DNA of 64,000 nucleotides from Callorhinchus milii (lineage: Eukaryota), in the NCBI RefSeq assembly GCF_018977255.1, contig NW_024704743.1, positions 65,970,001 to 66,034,000 on the forward strand, given 5' to 3'. Below the pieces are notes generated by a model. That model was not told the origin of the DNA and did not search any database. It saw only the letters and a program-made list of their open reading frames with translations. The position numbers were made by a program, and so were the translations under genes. This document shows positions 36,476 through 48,862 of this stretch, one piece after another (the first letter of the stretch is position 1; each line of letters starts with the position of its first letter).

Positions 36476-36750
36476 ATAGATTTTGTCTACACAATAACAT
36501 GCTTTCTTATACACACATATTAATTACTTCCAGAATCATTATTCCATTCATTGATTCAAACACCAAACTTTTCAGAAATCGCTGAAGCTCTTTGAGATAT
36601 TTGGATGTGGTGAGGCATTATACCAAGTTTTTTTATATATTAAAACATTTTTACACAAGATTACAAAACAATAGAAACAAGTGCCTTCAACTGTCAGGGA
36701 ATGTCGTCTATATGGGACCAGAAAATGTGAATGATTGCTCAATGGAAATA

Positions 36751-36952
36751 TTAATCCCTCCAAGAAAAAACAATAATAAATTGGTCATTTTCAATCTACG
36801 ACTGTTTGTGGGACACTGCTGTGCACAATTGGCTGCCACGTTTGCCCACACATATAGTCAATTCACTTTACAGTATATTCTGTGAAGCACTTTGGAACGT
36901 CTAGAAGATGTGAAAAGCACTATATCAAATGCAAGGATTATTATTATTATTA
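36751..36952 (+). mobile_element. 5'-truncated young SINE
   Basis: Body plus the ACGTCTAGAAGATGTGAAAAGC hairpin variant and (ATT)n. Confidence 0.88.
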
Positions 36953-37637
36953 TAATGTTGGAATTCACTATAATAGAATTCACTGGACTGGGGAATCTGA
37001 ATGACAGAGCATGAAATAGGGATTATCTGCCAAATGAATGAAGTAAGTGTCCTCCTTTCAATCTGATACGCTCCACCACATTCTCACATGCTTTCCAACT
37101 ATTATTGTTGGCCAAATTTCATATCAAGTTCAGCCAACACCAACAGTTGTAAAGCATGTTATTACCTGTATTTGCTTGCTGTATATATCTGCCTTTCAGT
37201 ACCTACATTTAAGTAATAGTTTCACTGACCCCAAAGAGTCAACTAGACTACAAATCACTTCTTGCACCATACGCGATTTCCAATAACCACACATTCAATC
37301 CGTACTGTCAAAGTAACCAACAGCATAGGTATAAAATCAGCAGAACCTTCATGAAGTAGCAAATCGCTAATATTTGAATACTTGTTGAGCATAAAGCATG
37401 TAGCACCTTCATTAATTTGGGACTCACTGGAAAGGTACAGAGTTCATTGCGCCACCCTTCACCGTGGGTTGTTGGAACAGCAAGTAACAAGATGTGAAAA
37501 TATCATGGCCACAATACACACTCTGATGCTGAGATTGAGGGAGGGAGGGGAGGGGGAGTTAGTCTCTCTGAGAAATGAGCGTCTTGATCTTCATCATCCT
37601 TAAAGTGCTGGACCAGTAATAAGTTGTAATGCAAAAT

Positions 37638-38052
37638 AACAACAACCAAAAATTGCATTTATATAGCGGCTTTCACGTTGTGAAGCTGTACCGAGGCACT
37701 GGACAGTCAAGGGTATGCACTCAAGGTGGTAGTTGGAAAATGGGTGGGAGACTAAGAGTGTGGAGGGAGGGGAGAAAATGACCAAAGACATGGTCAAAGA
37801 GGAAGGTCTTGAGATGAATCTTGAAGGAGGCAAGGGAAGGGGCAAGCTGATGGGATTACAGGATGGAGTTCCAGAAAGTGGCTGAAAGACTGACCACTGA
37901 TAATGGAGGGGGCAGGGTGGGGAATGTGAAGCAAGCCAGTGTCTACTGAGCGCAAGGAGTGATTTTAAGGGCAGAGGTAGGGTGGGGAAAGACTGTGGAA
38001 GGATTTAAAAGTGAGGAGGATCTTGAACTCAATTCTCTGGGGGGCTGGGGAG
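37638..38052 (-). mobile_element. L2 3' fragment
   Basis: Minus strand CCTTCAAGATTCATCTCAAGACCTTCCTCTTTGACCAT and L2 tail. Confidence 0.8.
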
Positions 38053-39018
38053 TGAAGAGGAGCCACAATCCTAAGAGGAAATGTAAACCAACACAGCAGT
38101 TGCAAAATAAGACCTGGAGCTAAGATATCTTGGCCCATTATTTCAAACCCACCTGACTCATATTGAGCTCAAATTCCAAGGGCAGCATTGGAGAGAAGGT
38201 GCAATGAAGCACGAATAAATCTTTCTCTGACCTCATCATACAATGGTCCATCCCAGACGAAAGCTGGTATCCTTTTGCGCTGTCAGCAAATATATGGCAA
38301 GTGAGTGCTCCGAACGGAGTGCTTAGCCAGCATATATACCGGTCACTAACATAATCATAAAGTCCAATGTTATATTTAATTGAATGCATCTGCCAATTGT
38401 GGCTGGTAATTACTGTATTCATTTCTGCATCAGAAACTTGTTGTTGAGGGCTTGAATTATGTTGGAAACTACAAATCTCCATTATCTGTTTTGTGGCATT
38501 GCTTTTCTGATTGTTATTTGACCATTCCAAAATTACTGACCACCCAGAAATATCGTAACTTCCTCAAGTGTTACATTTGCATTAAAGAAAAGAATAACAG
38601 CACCACTTGGATAAATAAGACATTAAACCAAGATCTTGTCTGCCTGTTCAGGTGGACTTTAAAGATCCCATGGCATTATTCAAAAAAAGAAAAGAATTTA
38701 TCCTGGTGTCCTGGGTAGATAAAATTAATCATTCACTTCATGGCTGGTTGTGGGACATTGCTGTACGCAAAGATGGCCATGGGTGCCTTCAAATAGGTAA
38801 AGCATGTGATCAATGAACAGTCCAGTAAATAGTTATTTCCTTCTTCACTTCTCACTTCTTAGTAATATTTTCCTATCAGCGGCTTTTGAAGGACTTTTAA
38901 ATTACATGTTTTTTATAGAATGACAAGTGATTTATTTCTCAAGAAATTAAATAGTTACTACTGCATAAACCCTATGCCAAAGCATATCATTACTCCCTAC
39001 TGCTTCATTGCATTCTGC

Positions 39019-39129
39019 ATTTGCCCACAAATATACAGTCAACTCACTTTACAGTCTATTCTGCGAAGCGCTTTGAGACGTCTAGAAGACGTGAAAAGCG
39101 CTATATCAAATGCAAGGGTTATTATTATT
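39019..39129 (+). mobile_element. Young SINE tail
   Basis: GAGACGTCTAGAAGACGTGAAAAGCGCTATATCAAATGCAAGG. Confidence 0.85.
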
Positions 39130-39776
39130 GCCTAAACACTATGTAGTTGATAACAACCGTATAATGTTCCCCAAATGCGATAAGCTCTATGTACCTTGAG
39201 AAGTTTCTCTGCTCTTGATCATTCACTTGCACCACACCACTAGATTCAGCGGCTTAAAATGTACCTTTCTTTACGCGATCCTTTGACTTGGTCTCTGTCA
39301 TAGTCCGGAAACAGTCTGCAACACATATTTCTCAATTTCGCCTTCCAGAACTAATTTTGTCACATCAAGCATCTGTCATCAGCACGCTGCTGCTCTCAAT
39401 TGCATATCCCAGATATACTTTCTCCTGATTTGTTTTACAACTGGTCTAATTTAAGATCTGCATTCCTAAGCTCCTATTACAATCTGTGAACCCGAGAAGC
39501 TTCCCTCCATCCACGTCATCCAAATGGTGACAATTAACTCCCACTCTCTATCTCTGACTTGGCAGTTTTCTGTGATGATTGCTTTCCCTTTCCTTTAAAA
39601 CTGAGTTTCTGATCTCAGAATATTCCTACCATTTTTATCTCAATATTTCCATCATTTTCCAGGAAAGGTGAAATCTCTGCCATTTTTTTGTGTTCTGCAT
39701 AGTAACAATGGAAATGTTATTCAATGTACATGTAAGATTAATACTGCTGCAGTACGGAACTGATATGGGGGTCTGA

Positions 39777-39863
39777 AATAATAATAATAAAAATAATAAA
39801 AATAATAAAAATAATAAAAATAATAAAAATAATAAAAATAATAAAAATAATAAAAATAATAAC

Positions 39864-39905
<42 letters not shown>

Positions 39906-40097
39906 CCTTGCATTTGGTAATGCAACTTGGTCAAGTTGTCAAAAAGTCACAAAGTGCTTCACAAGATTTTTATTATAATGTGTAGTGCCTGTGTATTAAT
40001 AGGCAAACAGCACCCAATTTGCATGCAGCAATGTTCCACAAACAACCATGAAGTGCCTAATTTTACATGGAGGAGTGTTGGTCAGGACACTGAGAGA
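39777..40097 (-). mobile_element. Deu-SINE 3' part with expanded tail; a second SINE tail follows at 40098-40154
   Basis: (AATAATAAA)n/(AAT)n, then CCTTGCATTTG and GCAGCAATGTTCCACAAACA. Confidence 0.75.
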
Positions 40098-40647
40098 AAT
40101 AATAATAATAATCATAATAATCCTTGCATTTGATATAGCGCTTTTCATGTCTTCTAGACGTCCCAAAGCGCTTCAATGAGTTGGGTGGGCTTGCAGCCCA
40201 TGTGCTAACATTGTTCAAATGCATGCTGTGCCGTGTATATGAACCACTATTGGAAAGGATTTCATGTGATTTTCATTGCTTAATTTCAAAGTTAAAGGCT
40301 CACATAGGCTTGATCACATTTTAGACTCTGTTTTTATTCTACTGAATGTACAGCAACAACTTAGAATGACTGTTGCCAGCAGTGATAGCAACTTGCATCA
40401 GGCTGAGTCAACCTTCTTAATAATGGTTGGATTATGCGGGCGTGTTAGGGTTGAATCACCATCACAAACATCTGTTTGCAAGCTAAAAATCCTTGATGAG
40501 AGTATCCCTTTATTATTATTATGCCAACATAATTTCTCACAGAATATGTTCCTGGTTCCTAAAAGGTACCTGCTGTATAAACAGAATTAAAAAAATATAT
40601 ATTAGGGGAAATACTTTTCTGCGCTTTTCGTTGTTTATTATGTACTC

Positions 40648-40860
40648 ATAATAATCCTTGCATTTGATGTAGCAACTTATCATGTTGTCGAGACGTCTCA
40701 AAGTGCTTCACAGGATTTTACTGTGAAGTAGAGTGACTGCGTCTTTATAGGCAAAAGTGGCAACCAACTGCACTAAAATGGCCACAAAACAGCCATGAAG
40801 TGAATGACCATTTTTTTAAATCTGGGGGATAGTTGGCCACAACATCGGGAGAAACTCCCT
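40648..40860 (-). mobile_element. Deu-SINE 3' part
   Basis: ATAATCCTTGCATTTGATG...CTCAAAGTGCTTCACAGG...ACAGCCATGAAGTGAATGACC. Confidence 0.8.
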
Positions 40861-42093
40861 TATGTGTACAATAATTTGAAATCACAAAATGTTTGCTAAT
40901 AGTAAGATAATAGTTCCTGTAATTGAAAATGGAGGCTGTATTTATAATAATAATAATAATCCTTGCATTTAATCTAGCGCTTTAAAAACCTCTCCTAATA
41001 TATAATTTGCATCCCTGAAGAACAAAGTGCTTCAACCTCAATGAACTGACACTTGAATTTGACTGCTCCATTACATAATATTTGTCATTTCTTGCCCAGG
41101 TCTCTAGATGGCAGTGGAGCATTCCAGCTTTGGTGGGGGATGGGGGGACCTGGCAGAACCAGTCTTGTCTTTCTGGAGCGGTAATTCCTGTGGCCCAATC
41201 ATGAAATATCATTTGTAGCCATAGAGCTGTTGACAGCTAAGACCACGCCACCCTCCTAGCTAAAGAAAGAATGCCAGTGAGGGGGATGGGCCCCAGCGAA
41301 TGTGTGTAAGAAGAAAACGAGCAGAAATAAAATGCAAAACTCCCGAAGAACTTTTTTACGCCGTTTGAATGAATTAGGATTATTTATTTTTAAAAATCTC
41401 AAGTGGATTTATGCAAAAGTAATTCACTTTGTTCTGCCTGTAATAGTTGTGGAAAAAATTATGTCCATTAAAGTAATTCAAAGTCAGTTTTATGAAGACC
41501 AAATAGAAATCTCTTATGAAGAGTTTACAACAAACCAAACACTTTTCCACTCAATCTCAGGGTCACTGAAACTCAATATGCTGTCTCAGGGTTTAATTCT
41601 TCACAATTTTTGCAGAATAAAAATAACAATCTTCAAATAAGTTTTTTTTATAAATGTTCTTTGTGAAATATATGGGTATATTTTGAAGAATGTTTAACTT
41701 TGCAACTTTCAGCTTTGATTTTTCTTAAATGCTCAATTTTTTACAATCCTCCCTGGTTACTATAAAATGGAACATAAAAAAGCAACAGTGTTTCTAAAGA
41801 GATATGAAAGCACTAATCCTATAGCAGCTTTCATGTCAGGAGGACTTCTCAAAATGTTTCACAGGTTTTACTGTAAACTGGACTGTGTGCCTTGTGGGCG
41901 AACACTTTGCACACAATTTGCACACAGGAATGTCCCACAAAGACCTATGAAGTGAATGACAAATGTTATTAAAGGTCAGCACACTGTGAGAAACTCCCTT
42001 CCCAAAGGATATGCACCATGGATTTAACTTTCCTCCATCAGATTCTTATGAATCCAGTTTAGACATTTCTTCTAAATATTACAATAAGTTTTT

Positions 42094-42657
42094 GCTTGAC
42101 TACATCAACTGCCTGCTCGCTGGACTTCCCAACTCTTCCTCCACAAGCTGCAGATTATTAAAATCTGCAGCTTTGTTTTCGCCCACACCAGGCTCTGTGA
42201 ACCAATCACCCCAGTTCTTGCCCGGCTTCACTGGTTCCCCATCCCACAGAGAATTGAGTACAAAACCCTCGTTCTCACGGTCTTGTTCCGACCTATTTCT
42301 CCAACCTCCTAAACCCACATCAGCTTGTCCATTCCCTCCCCTCTGTGGACACGGGCCTGCTTCAGGCTCCCCACACTTCCCGCCCTACCATTGGTAGTTG
42401 GGCATTCAGCATCTCTGCCCCCACACTCTGGAACTTTATCCTGCAATCCCTCCGCCTCATCCCCTCTCTTGCCTCCTTCAAGTCCCATCTAAAGACCTTC
42501 CTCTTTGATTGTGCCTTTGTCCATCCTCCCATTCCCACACCCCAGCCTTCCATCCTTCCTGACCCCAAGCTCGGGTTCAAAAGCCGATGTCTGTCCAATG
42601 ACCTGGGACGTCTTTCCGAAGTGAAGGGTGCTACACAAGTGTAATTTGTTGTTGCTG
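42094..42657 (+). mobile_element. L2 3' fragment
   Basis: LDYINCLLAGLPNS and RPTIGSWAFSISAPTLWN...FKSHLKTFLFDCAF; tail. Confidence 0.9.
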
Positions 42658-42819
42658 TGAGATGGCGGGGCACTACCAGCCCTACTACATGTGGGGAGCA
42701 CAAGAATCACACACCTTTTTCATTGAATAACCAGTGTGGTAACCTCTGGCGTGAATGTAGAGAGACACAGGGGAAGGGGGAGGGAGTTCAGCCATGATGA
42801 TAACAACATCATTTGTGTA

Positions 42820-43170
42820 TCAGTCTGACTCCAGTGCAGTGTTGGGGGCTGGGTTGCAATGTTGGAGGTGCTGTCCTTTGGATGAGACGTTAAGCCAAAG
42901 TCCTGTCTGCTTGCTCAGGTGGACCTTAAAGATCCCATGGCATTATTTGAAAAGAGAATGGAGTTTCTCCATATGTGCTGGCTAACAATCCCCAAAATAA
43001 AATTGGTCACTCACTCCATGACTGTTGTCGGGACACTGCTATGTACAAACTGGCTGCCACATTTTGCTCACAAAATATAGTCAATCCACTTTACAGAATA
43101 TTCTGTGAAGCCCTTTGAGATATCTCGATGATGTGATAAGTCACCATATCAAATGCAAGGATTATTATAA
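42820..43170 (+). mobile_element. Deu-SINE, head missing
   Basis: GGATGAGACGTTAAGCCAAAGTCCTGTCTGC...GATCCCATGGCATTATTTGAA; tail. Confidence 0.85.
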
Positions 43171-43289
43171 ACAACAACAACTTGTGTTTATACAATGCCC
43201 TTCATGCAAGGTAGGGTGGACAGAAAACCCAAGTTAAACAAGCGAAGGAGACGAACAGAGAAACAGAAAAGGAGAAAATCAGAGACATA

Positions 43290-43615
43290 CAACTTACATT
43301 CATATAACATCTTTCACATTGAGAGCATGTCTCACCATGCTTGACCTACTGGCTGGGCATCTGAGCTGGGGGTAGGACCTGAAGAGGGTGAGGAGGGAAA
43401 GTTGAACATAAGAACAGTCAAAGAGGTTGGTTTTGAGATGGACTTTGAATGAGGTGAGGGAAGGAGGGAGTCAGACGGACTTTGAGATGGAGTTCTGGAT
43501 AGAATGGCTGAAAGTCTTATCACCAATAGTGGGGTAGATAGAGGGGCAACATGAAGCAGGACAGTGCTTATTAAGCGAAGGGAGCAGGCTGGGTAAGTAC
43601 GGTTGAAGGTATGGA
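43290..43615 (-). mobile_element. L2 3' fragment, degenerate
   Basis: Minus strand TTCAAAGTCCATCTCAAAACCAACCTCTTTGAC. Confidence 0.7.
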
Positions 43616-43629
43616 TAGTTAACAACTGG

Positions 43630-43815
43630 AACCGAAAAAAAACCCAGTAATAAATTGGTCACTTCAATCCACGACTGTTTGTGGGACACTGCTGCGCGCA
43701 ATTGGCTGCTGCATTTCGCCCACAAATGTACAGTCGATTAACTTTACAATTTATTCTGTGAAGCGTTTTGAGATGTCTAGAAGACATTATATCAAATTCA
43801 AGGATTATTATTATT
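43630..43815 (+). mobile_element. 5'-truncated young SINE
   Basis: TAATAAATTGGTCACTTCAATCCACGACTGTTTGTGGGACACTGCTG...AAGGATTATTATT. Confidence 0.85.
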
Positions 43816-46544
43816 ATATTATATTATTAACAAGATGCCGGGAAGAGTGGGTGAGGCCAGGATACTGGACTCATTTGAAACACAGCTTGATGTTGTGATG
43901 GGAAGATGAAGCATGGGTATTCTGGAAGGATGAGATCAAGTGGGCTGAAGGGCCTTCTACATCCAAACTAATCTTGTGATCTTGTGATGATTGGATTTTC
44001 TATCTTCAGATGTATGTTTTTTAAATAAAGTCTGTTTAAAGTGTTTCTGAGGCACGATTTTCCCTTCTTTTGGCCGGATCAGAAGATTTTGTACCTGAGG
44101 AAAATGAAATTTACTCTGAATAAAAATATCAATATTCAAAACGTATTGATGCATAGATTACCAGTGCCTGCTGAATATTTCTGTATTTGTGCGTTTTAAA
44201 GGTTTTGGATGCCATCAGCTTTAAAGCTATAACAGCAATATTGGGTTTGAAAATGCTGCATTCAACAACAACAACTTACATTTATATAGCGCCTTTCATG
44301 GCCGACGTTATCTTGGAGCGCTTGCATTCATACTAGACAATGCAGGTGGCATCTCCGTACTGAATGTTAGTTATGCTATTGGCCTGCTCTGTCTCCCTCA
44401 CAGAGGCAGATTTTGGCAGAACGGAATTCCCATGGGTTTCCGTGAATTACATCTGTTTACCGAGTCACTCTTAGCAATTTCCTGTTACGTGTATTGGAGT
44501 TTTAATCCCAATATGGCAATAAAGCTACTCAAATTTCAGAAGTAGCTTTATAGTGATAATAACAGTAAATACTTACGCAACTGCTTCCACAGTTTACACA
44601 CTTAAGCAGAGGAAGCTATCTGACTCAATGCATATCTATTTGTTACTTTTTTTTCTTTGAAACATAACACAACAAGGAACTTATGTAAAGGAATCTAACT
44701 GCAATGGTAAGCATAACAGCAACTAGAACTCTGCTCCGACTTAAGCAATATTGTAAAAGCAATTGCAGCTGCTAAGGGCAAATCTCAAAAGTTAATGAAC
44801 AACAAAGGCTGAAATATTAAGTTGCACATGAGAATTAAGGTGAAATTCAGGGCATCAGATATTCAAAATGATATGTGTCTGAGGTACTGAGGTACAATCA
44901 ATTCACTTCACTGTATATTCTGTGAAGCGCTTTGAGATGTCCTGAAGGCATGATAAGGCACTATATCAAATGCAAGGATTATTATTATTATCCCATATAT
45001 ATATATTGCAATTTTCGTTTTCTTTAACATGTTTGCATCCAGCTAAGCACCAGGGTATTTGGTCTCAGTCTCAGAGGTGCTACAATTGTCCAGGATTTTC
45101 TGAATTAGAGAGGAAAATCAGCCAAGCAGTTTCTGAAAATATCCATAGCCTTTATGTATGTGTGTGGACATTGGGTGAGTATATGCTTTTGTTGTTTTCA
45201 AATAGTCTTAAACACAGGTTGTTAAGACTCACGCATGAACAATGACAATGACTACTTGAGGTATCACAGGAAAACAAGTCAAAAACTTCAGAAGAAGAGT
45301 GAGAAAATACAGTAACAAAAGTAAATTAAACAAGCTTTGTTTTTTATGGAAAAAATAACATTGAGACTTAAATCCTGTTTTATCCTATTACTTTTCCAAT
45401 GTTCGCAAACCCTTTATAGTGTGGGAACCTGTGCTTTTTCAACTCCAGCGGATATTTTGTTTGCTCACCTTACTTGCTAGTTTTTCATTGTATGAATCAA
45501 TGCAACAGATGGGATAGTCTGACAGTATTTAAGCTCATTCACATGAAACAACTTGACTGAACTGAAAGGAAGGATTTTTGAAATGTTCTGGAAGGCATGC
45601 TGACTAAAAGTAAGAAAGTCTATTGATCATAAAATAAATCACTTTCTCAAGAGGTTCTTAAATCTTATCCTCTATATCAAGTACAGCACTTTGATCAGAA
45701 AATAGGCCTGCTTACATTCAGTTTTACTAAGGATGCAGAACAAAAGGGCACAGTTTCAGGATTGTGAAGGGAAATGTTAAGACAGACACCAGGAAATATT
45801 TGACTGAAGGTAATCAGGAACTGGAATAAATTACCAGGAACAGTGGTTGACAGGTGGATGCTGAACTACAACAACAACAAATTGCACTCGTAGAGCAACC
45901 TTCACATCGGAACAGTGTCCCAAAGCACTGGATAATTAGAGGTTTTGGGCCTAAGTTGGGAGTTGGGGTCAGGAGGGGTGGAGGGTGGTCGAAGGCATGA
46001 TTGAAGAGGTAGGTCTTTAGACGGGACTTGAAAGAGGCAAGCTGGTGTCTGCCGAGTGGAGGGAGCGAACAGATTAATGTAGGCTGAGGAAGGTCGGAGA
46101 GCTAGGGGGGAGCAAGACTAATTTAAGAAACACCTTAACCTTGTAATAGGAAGGCAACAAGTAACTTTTCTATCTCTAATAATTTTTGGCACTGTAAAAT
46201 AACCATATTAAATGGCAGAAGCACTAAGCCTGTCTGGGCTCCCAGACTATGAAAAGGAATTCTTAACCATCAGCTGCAACTGGATAGCTGCTAACTAGTA
46301 GAGATTACTGAAAATTGATATTAGGTCTATACAAAAGGGGATTAATGAGGAGAACCAATATGGCATGAAAAGAAAGTTGACTTTTTCTTGTTTTCAAAGC
46401 ATTTTGAAACCATATATGTATATCTAATTCCCTTTTACACATCTAAATTAACTCTGATTTAACACCCACCACTGGGAATTCATCCCACACTCCAACAACC
46501 CTCTAGGATATTTTGTTTAGCTAACTTCCTCTTTCTGTTTTTGG

Positions 46545-46645
46545 GTCAGGTGTCTGACACATGCAGAGAACCATCACCATGCTTAAGAGGATCCAAACCA
46601 GACTGAGAGTTGCACATGTGCATGGCACCCACACATGGAAATGTC
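46545..46645 (+). repeat. Unassigned dispersed repeat, copy B
   Basis: TGTCTGACACATG...CCATCACCATGCTTAAGAGGATCCAAACCAGACTGAGAG...ACACATGGAAAT. Confidence 0.65.
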
Positions 46646-46934
46646 CCTGTGTCTGGAATGAATGCCCCCCTCTTCCCAAAGGAATACACTCTGAAGAAAA
46701 CCTAAAATATAGAAAGTAAAATTTGACTGCTAGAGTTTGGTGATGAAAGCCTTTTTTTACATGTGTGAATGTTGGATATATATACCATATTTACAATTCT
46801 ACCAACAGTTACATCAAGCAAAATGGCATGGAAGCTACAGCAGTCTGTGCTGGTGTTTATACACGAAACAAGCCCAGACCTCTCTATTTCCTTCTCCTAT
46901 ACCCCTCTATTCCCTTATCTTACACCCGTCAATT

Positions 46935-47100
46935 CTCTTCTTCGACTGTGCTTTTGATCATCCTGCTTCCCCTTCTGCTCTCGACCCTCCCCAATCCCGA
47001 GCCCCAGCTCGTGTCCGAAACTCTGACTGTCCATTGCCTTGGGACGTCCTCCCGACTTTAAAGGCGATATACAAATGTAATTGTGTTGCTGTTGTTGTTC
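46935..47100 (+). mobile_element. L2 3' end
   Basis: CCTTGGGACGTCCTCCCGACTTTAAAGGCGATATACAAATGTAA plus (TTG)n. Confidence 0.8.
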
Positions 47101-47929
47101 TCCTATACTCCTCCATTCCCTTCTCTTATATCCCTCTATTCCCTTCTCCTTCATGTATTTATCAACTATCAATGTCTTAAGATGTGCATTTTCTCTCTCT
47201 GTCTCTGAACTGTTGACTTCTCTTGCTTGACTTGATACTTCTAATACCTGTGTGAGAGGGAAAGAGAGCGAAATTCCCTCTACCCTTCAGTAGAGGTAGA
47301 TTTGAGGGAGTAAAAGAAAGTAAATGGTTTTGATGCCTCAGACCTCCATTCATCCTAGGAACACATCTCCTATGAAGGTACCTCTTTCTGTAACATTTCT
47401 CATCTCACCTCTGCAGCACTGAAGTTCCATCATGTGCTGTCCCATCATCTACTTCAGAGTATGTTGATCTGTGTGGTGTTGTGCAGTTGTAATATTTGCT
47501 GCATTGCTGAATTGTTATGGAAGGCTGGGAGTTTTTATAAGGAGGAGAATTTCACTACCAACCCTTTATGACAGTTAGGTTTCTATAATGAAATTTTGAC
47601 TCATGTGCTCTTTAATTATAATTGGGGATAATTAAAGAACGTTTTATTAACTGGAAATTGCCTAAAAGACAAGTTTGGGAATGAACATCCTTGAACCTTA
47701 AGGGAATGGTTTCTCCCTCAGGCTTCTTACAATCAATTTAGCCTCCATGTGGTTACTTTAATTTAACAAGATGCAATTTATTTTTAAGAAGCACGGAGAC
47801 TGTGTGTATGTTTAGTTCATTTTCCCTTGAATAAACTACTGTATATGGTTCCCGCTGACAAGAATGTTAATTGAGTATGAGAATAATAATTGACAGATCG
47901 TGAGATTGTGGCTTAAAATAACTGAGTTT

Positions 47930-48006
47930 GGGGTGAAATTTGTGATGATTCACAATGTGTTTGATGTGATATGAAATGCATTATGGAAAGGCACAAATTT
48001 CACCCC
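47930..48006. repeat. 77-bp element with perfect 15-bp terminal inverted repeats (possible micro-MITE)
   Basis: GGGGTGAAATTTGTG (47930-47944) / CACAAATTTCACCCC (47992-48006). Confidence 0.55.
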
Positions 48007-48042
48007 CTTGCTACAGAAATTACTTGGATGTTAGATCATCTC

Positions 48043-48862
48043 AACAACAACAACAACTTGCATTTATATAGCGCTCTTCATGTGGGGTAGTGTCCCGGAG
48101 TGCTTGACAGTGGCGTAGTCTGACATGGCAGTGGTTATTTCATGATAACAATATCATTTGTAACCATAGAGGGGAAAAGGAAGGGGGGACGTTACCATAA
48201 GCACGATCAAAAAGGAAGGTCTTTAGATGGGATTTGAAAGTAGGGAGGGAGGGGTCTAGGACCCAGGCGGAGGGATTGAGGGAGAGAGTAACTGAGTTTC
48301 GGGGCGTAGTTGCTGATGGCATGGACACTGATGGTGAAGCGAAGGGGACGAGGGATGAACAGGAGGCTGGAGTCAGGCGAGTGGAGGCAGCAGGTGGGGA
48401 AGTAAGCAAATCGGATAGGTAGGGAGGTGCGAGGGCATGAAGGGATTTGAAAACGAGTGAGAGAATCTTGAAATCAATCTGTTCAGTAATTGGGAGCAGG
48501 TGGAGCCTAGCAAGGACTGGTGTGATAGGGGTACAGAGTTTTGTGTGGATGAGAATCGGGCGACAGAGTTGTGAATTAGTTGTATTGTGTGTAATGTGGA
48601 GTTGGGGAGACCGGTAAGAGGGCCTTGGATTAGTCTAGCCAAGAAGTGACAAAGGTGTGGTCAAGGGTTTTGGCTGCTTTTCTTGTGAAGTACGGATGGA
48701 GGTGGGCAATGTGAATGAAGGAGGTGGAAAAAAGCAGTCCTGGTCAGGAAACGGAGGTGGGGTAAAAAGGAAAGCTGAGGATCAAACATTGCCTAAATTG
48801 CGCATGGATTCGATGAGTTTTAGGCAGAGCCCGGGGAGGTTGATGAGTAAAGGAAGGCACTG
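48043..48862 (-). mobile_element. L2 3' fragment, second subfamily
   Basis: LTGLPNSTLHTIQLIHNSVAR and PTFKSHLKTFLFDRAY; tail GGGACACTACCCCACATGAAGAGCGCTATATAAATGCAAG(TTG)n. Confidence 0.88.

Noticed and set aside
38138..38530. 130-aa ORF
   Set aside because: No recognisable domain; only a sub-part has splice-like signals
39135..39570. Possible exon or RTE relic (KLVLEGEIE on the minus strand)
   Set aside because: The frames examined are interrupted by stops and the similarity is too short to call
39635..39934. Hydrophobic Leu/Phe-rich ORF resembling a membrane protein
   Set aside because: Translation of the AAT/AATAATAAA SINE tail
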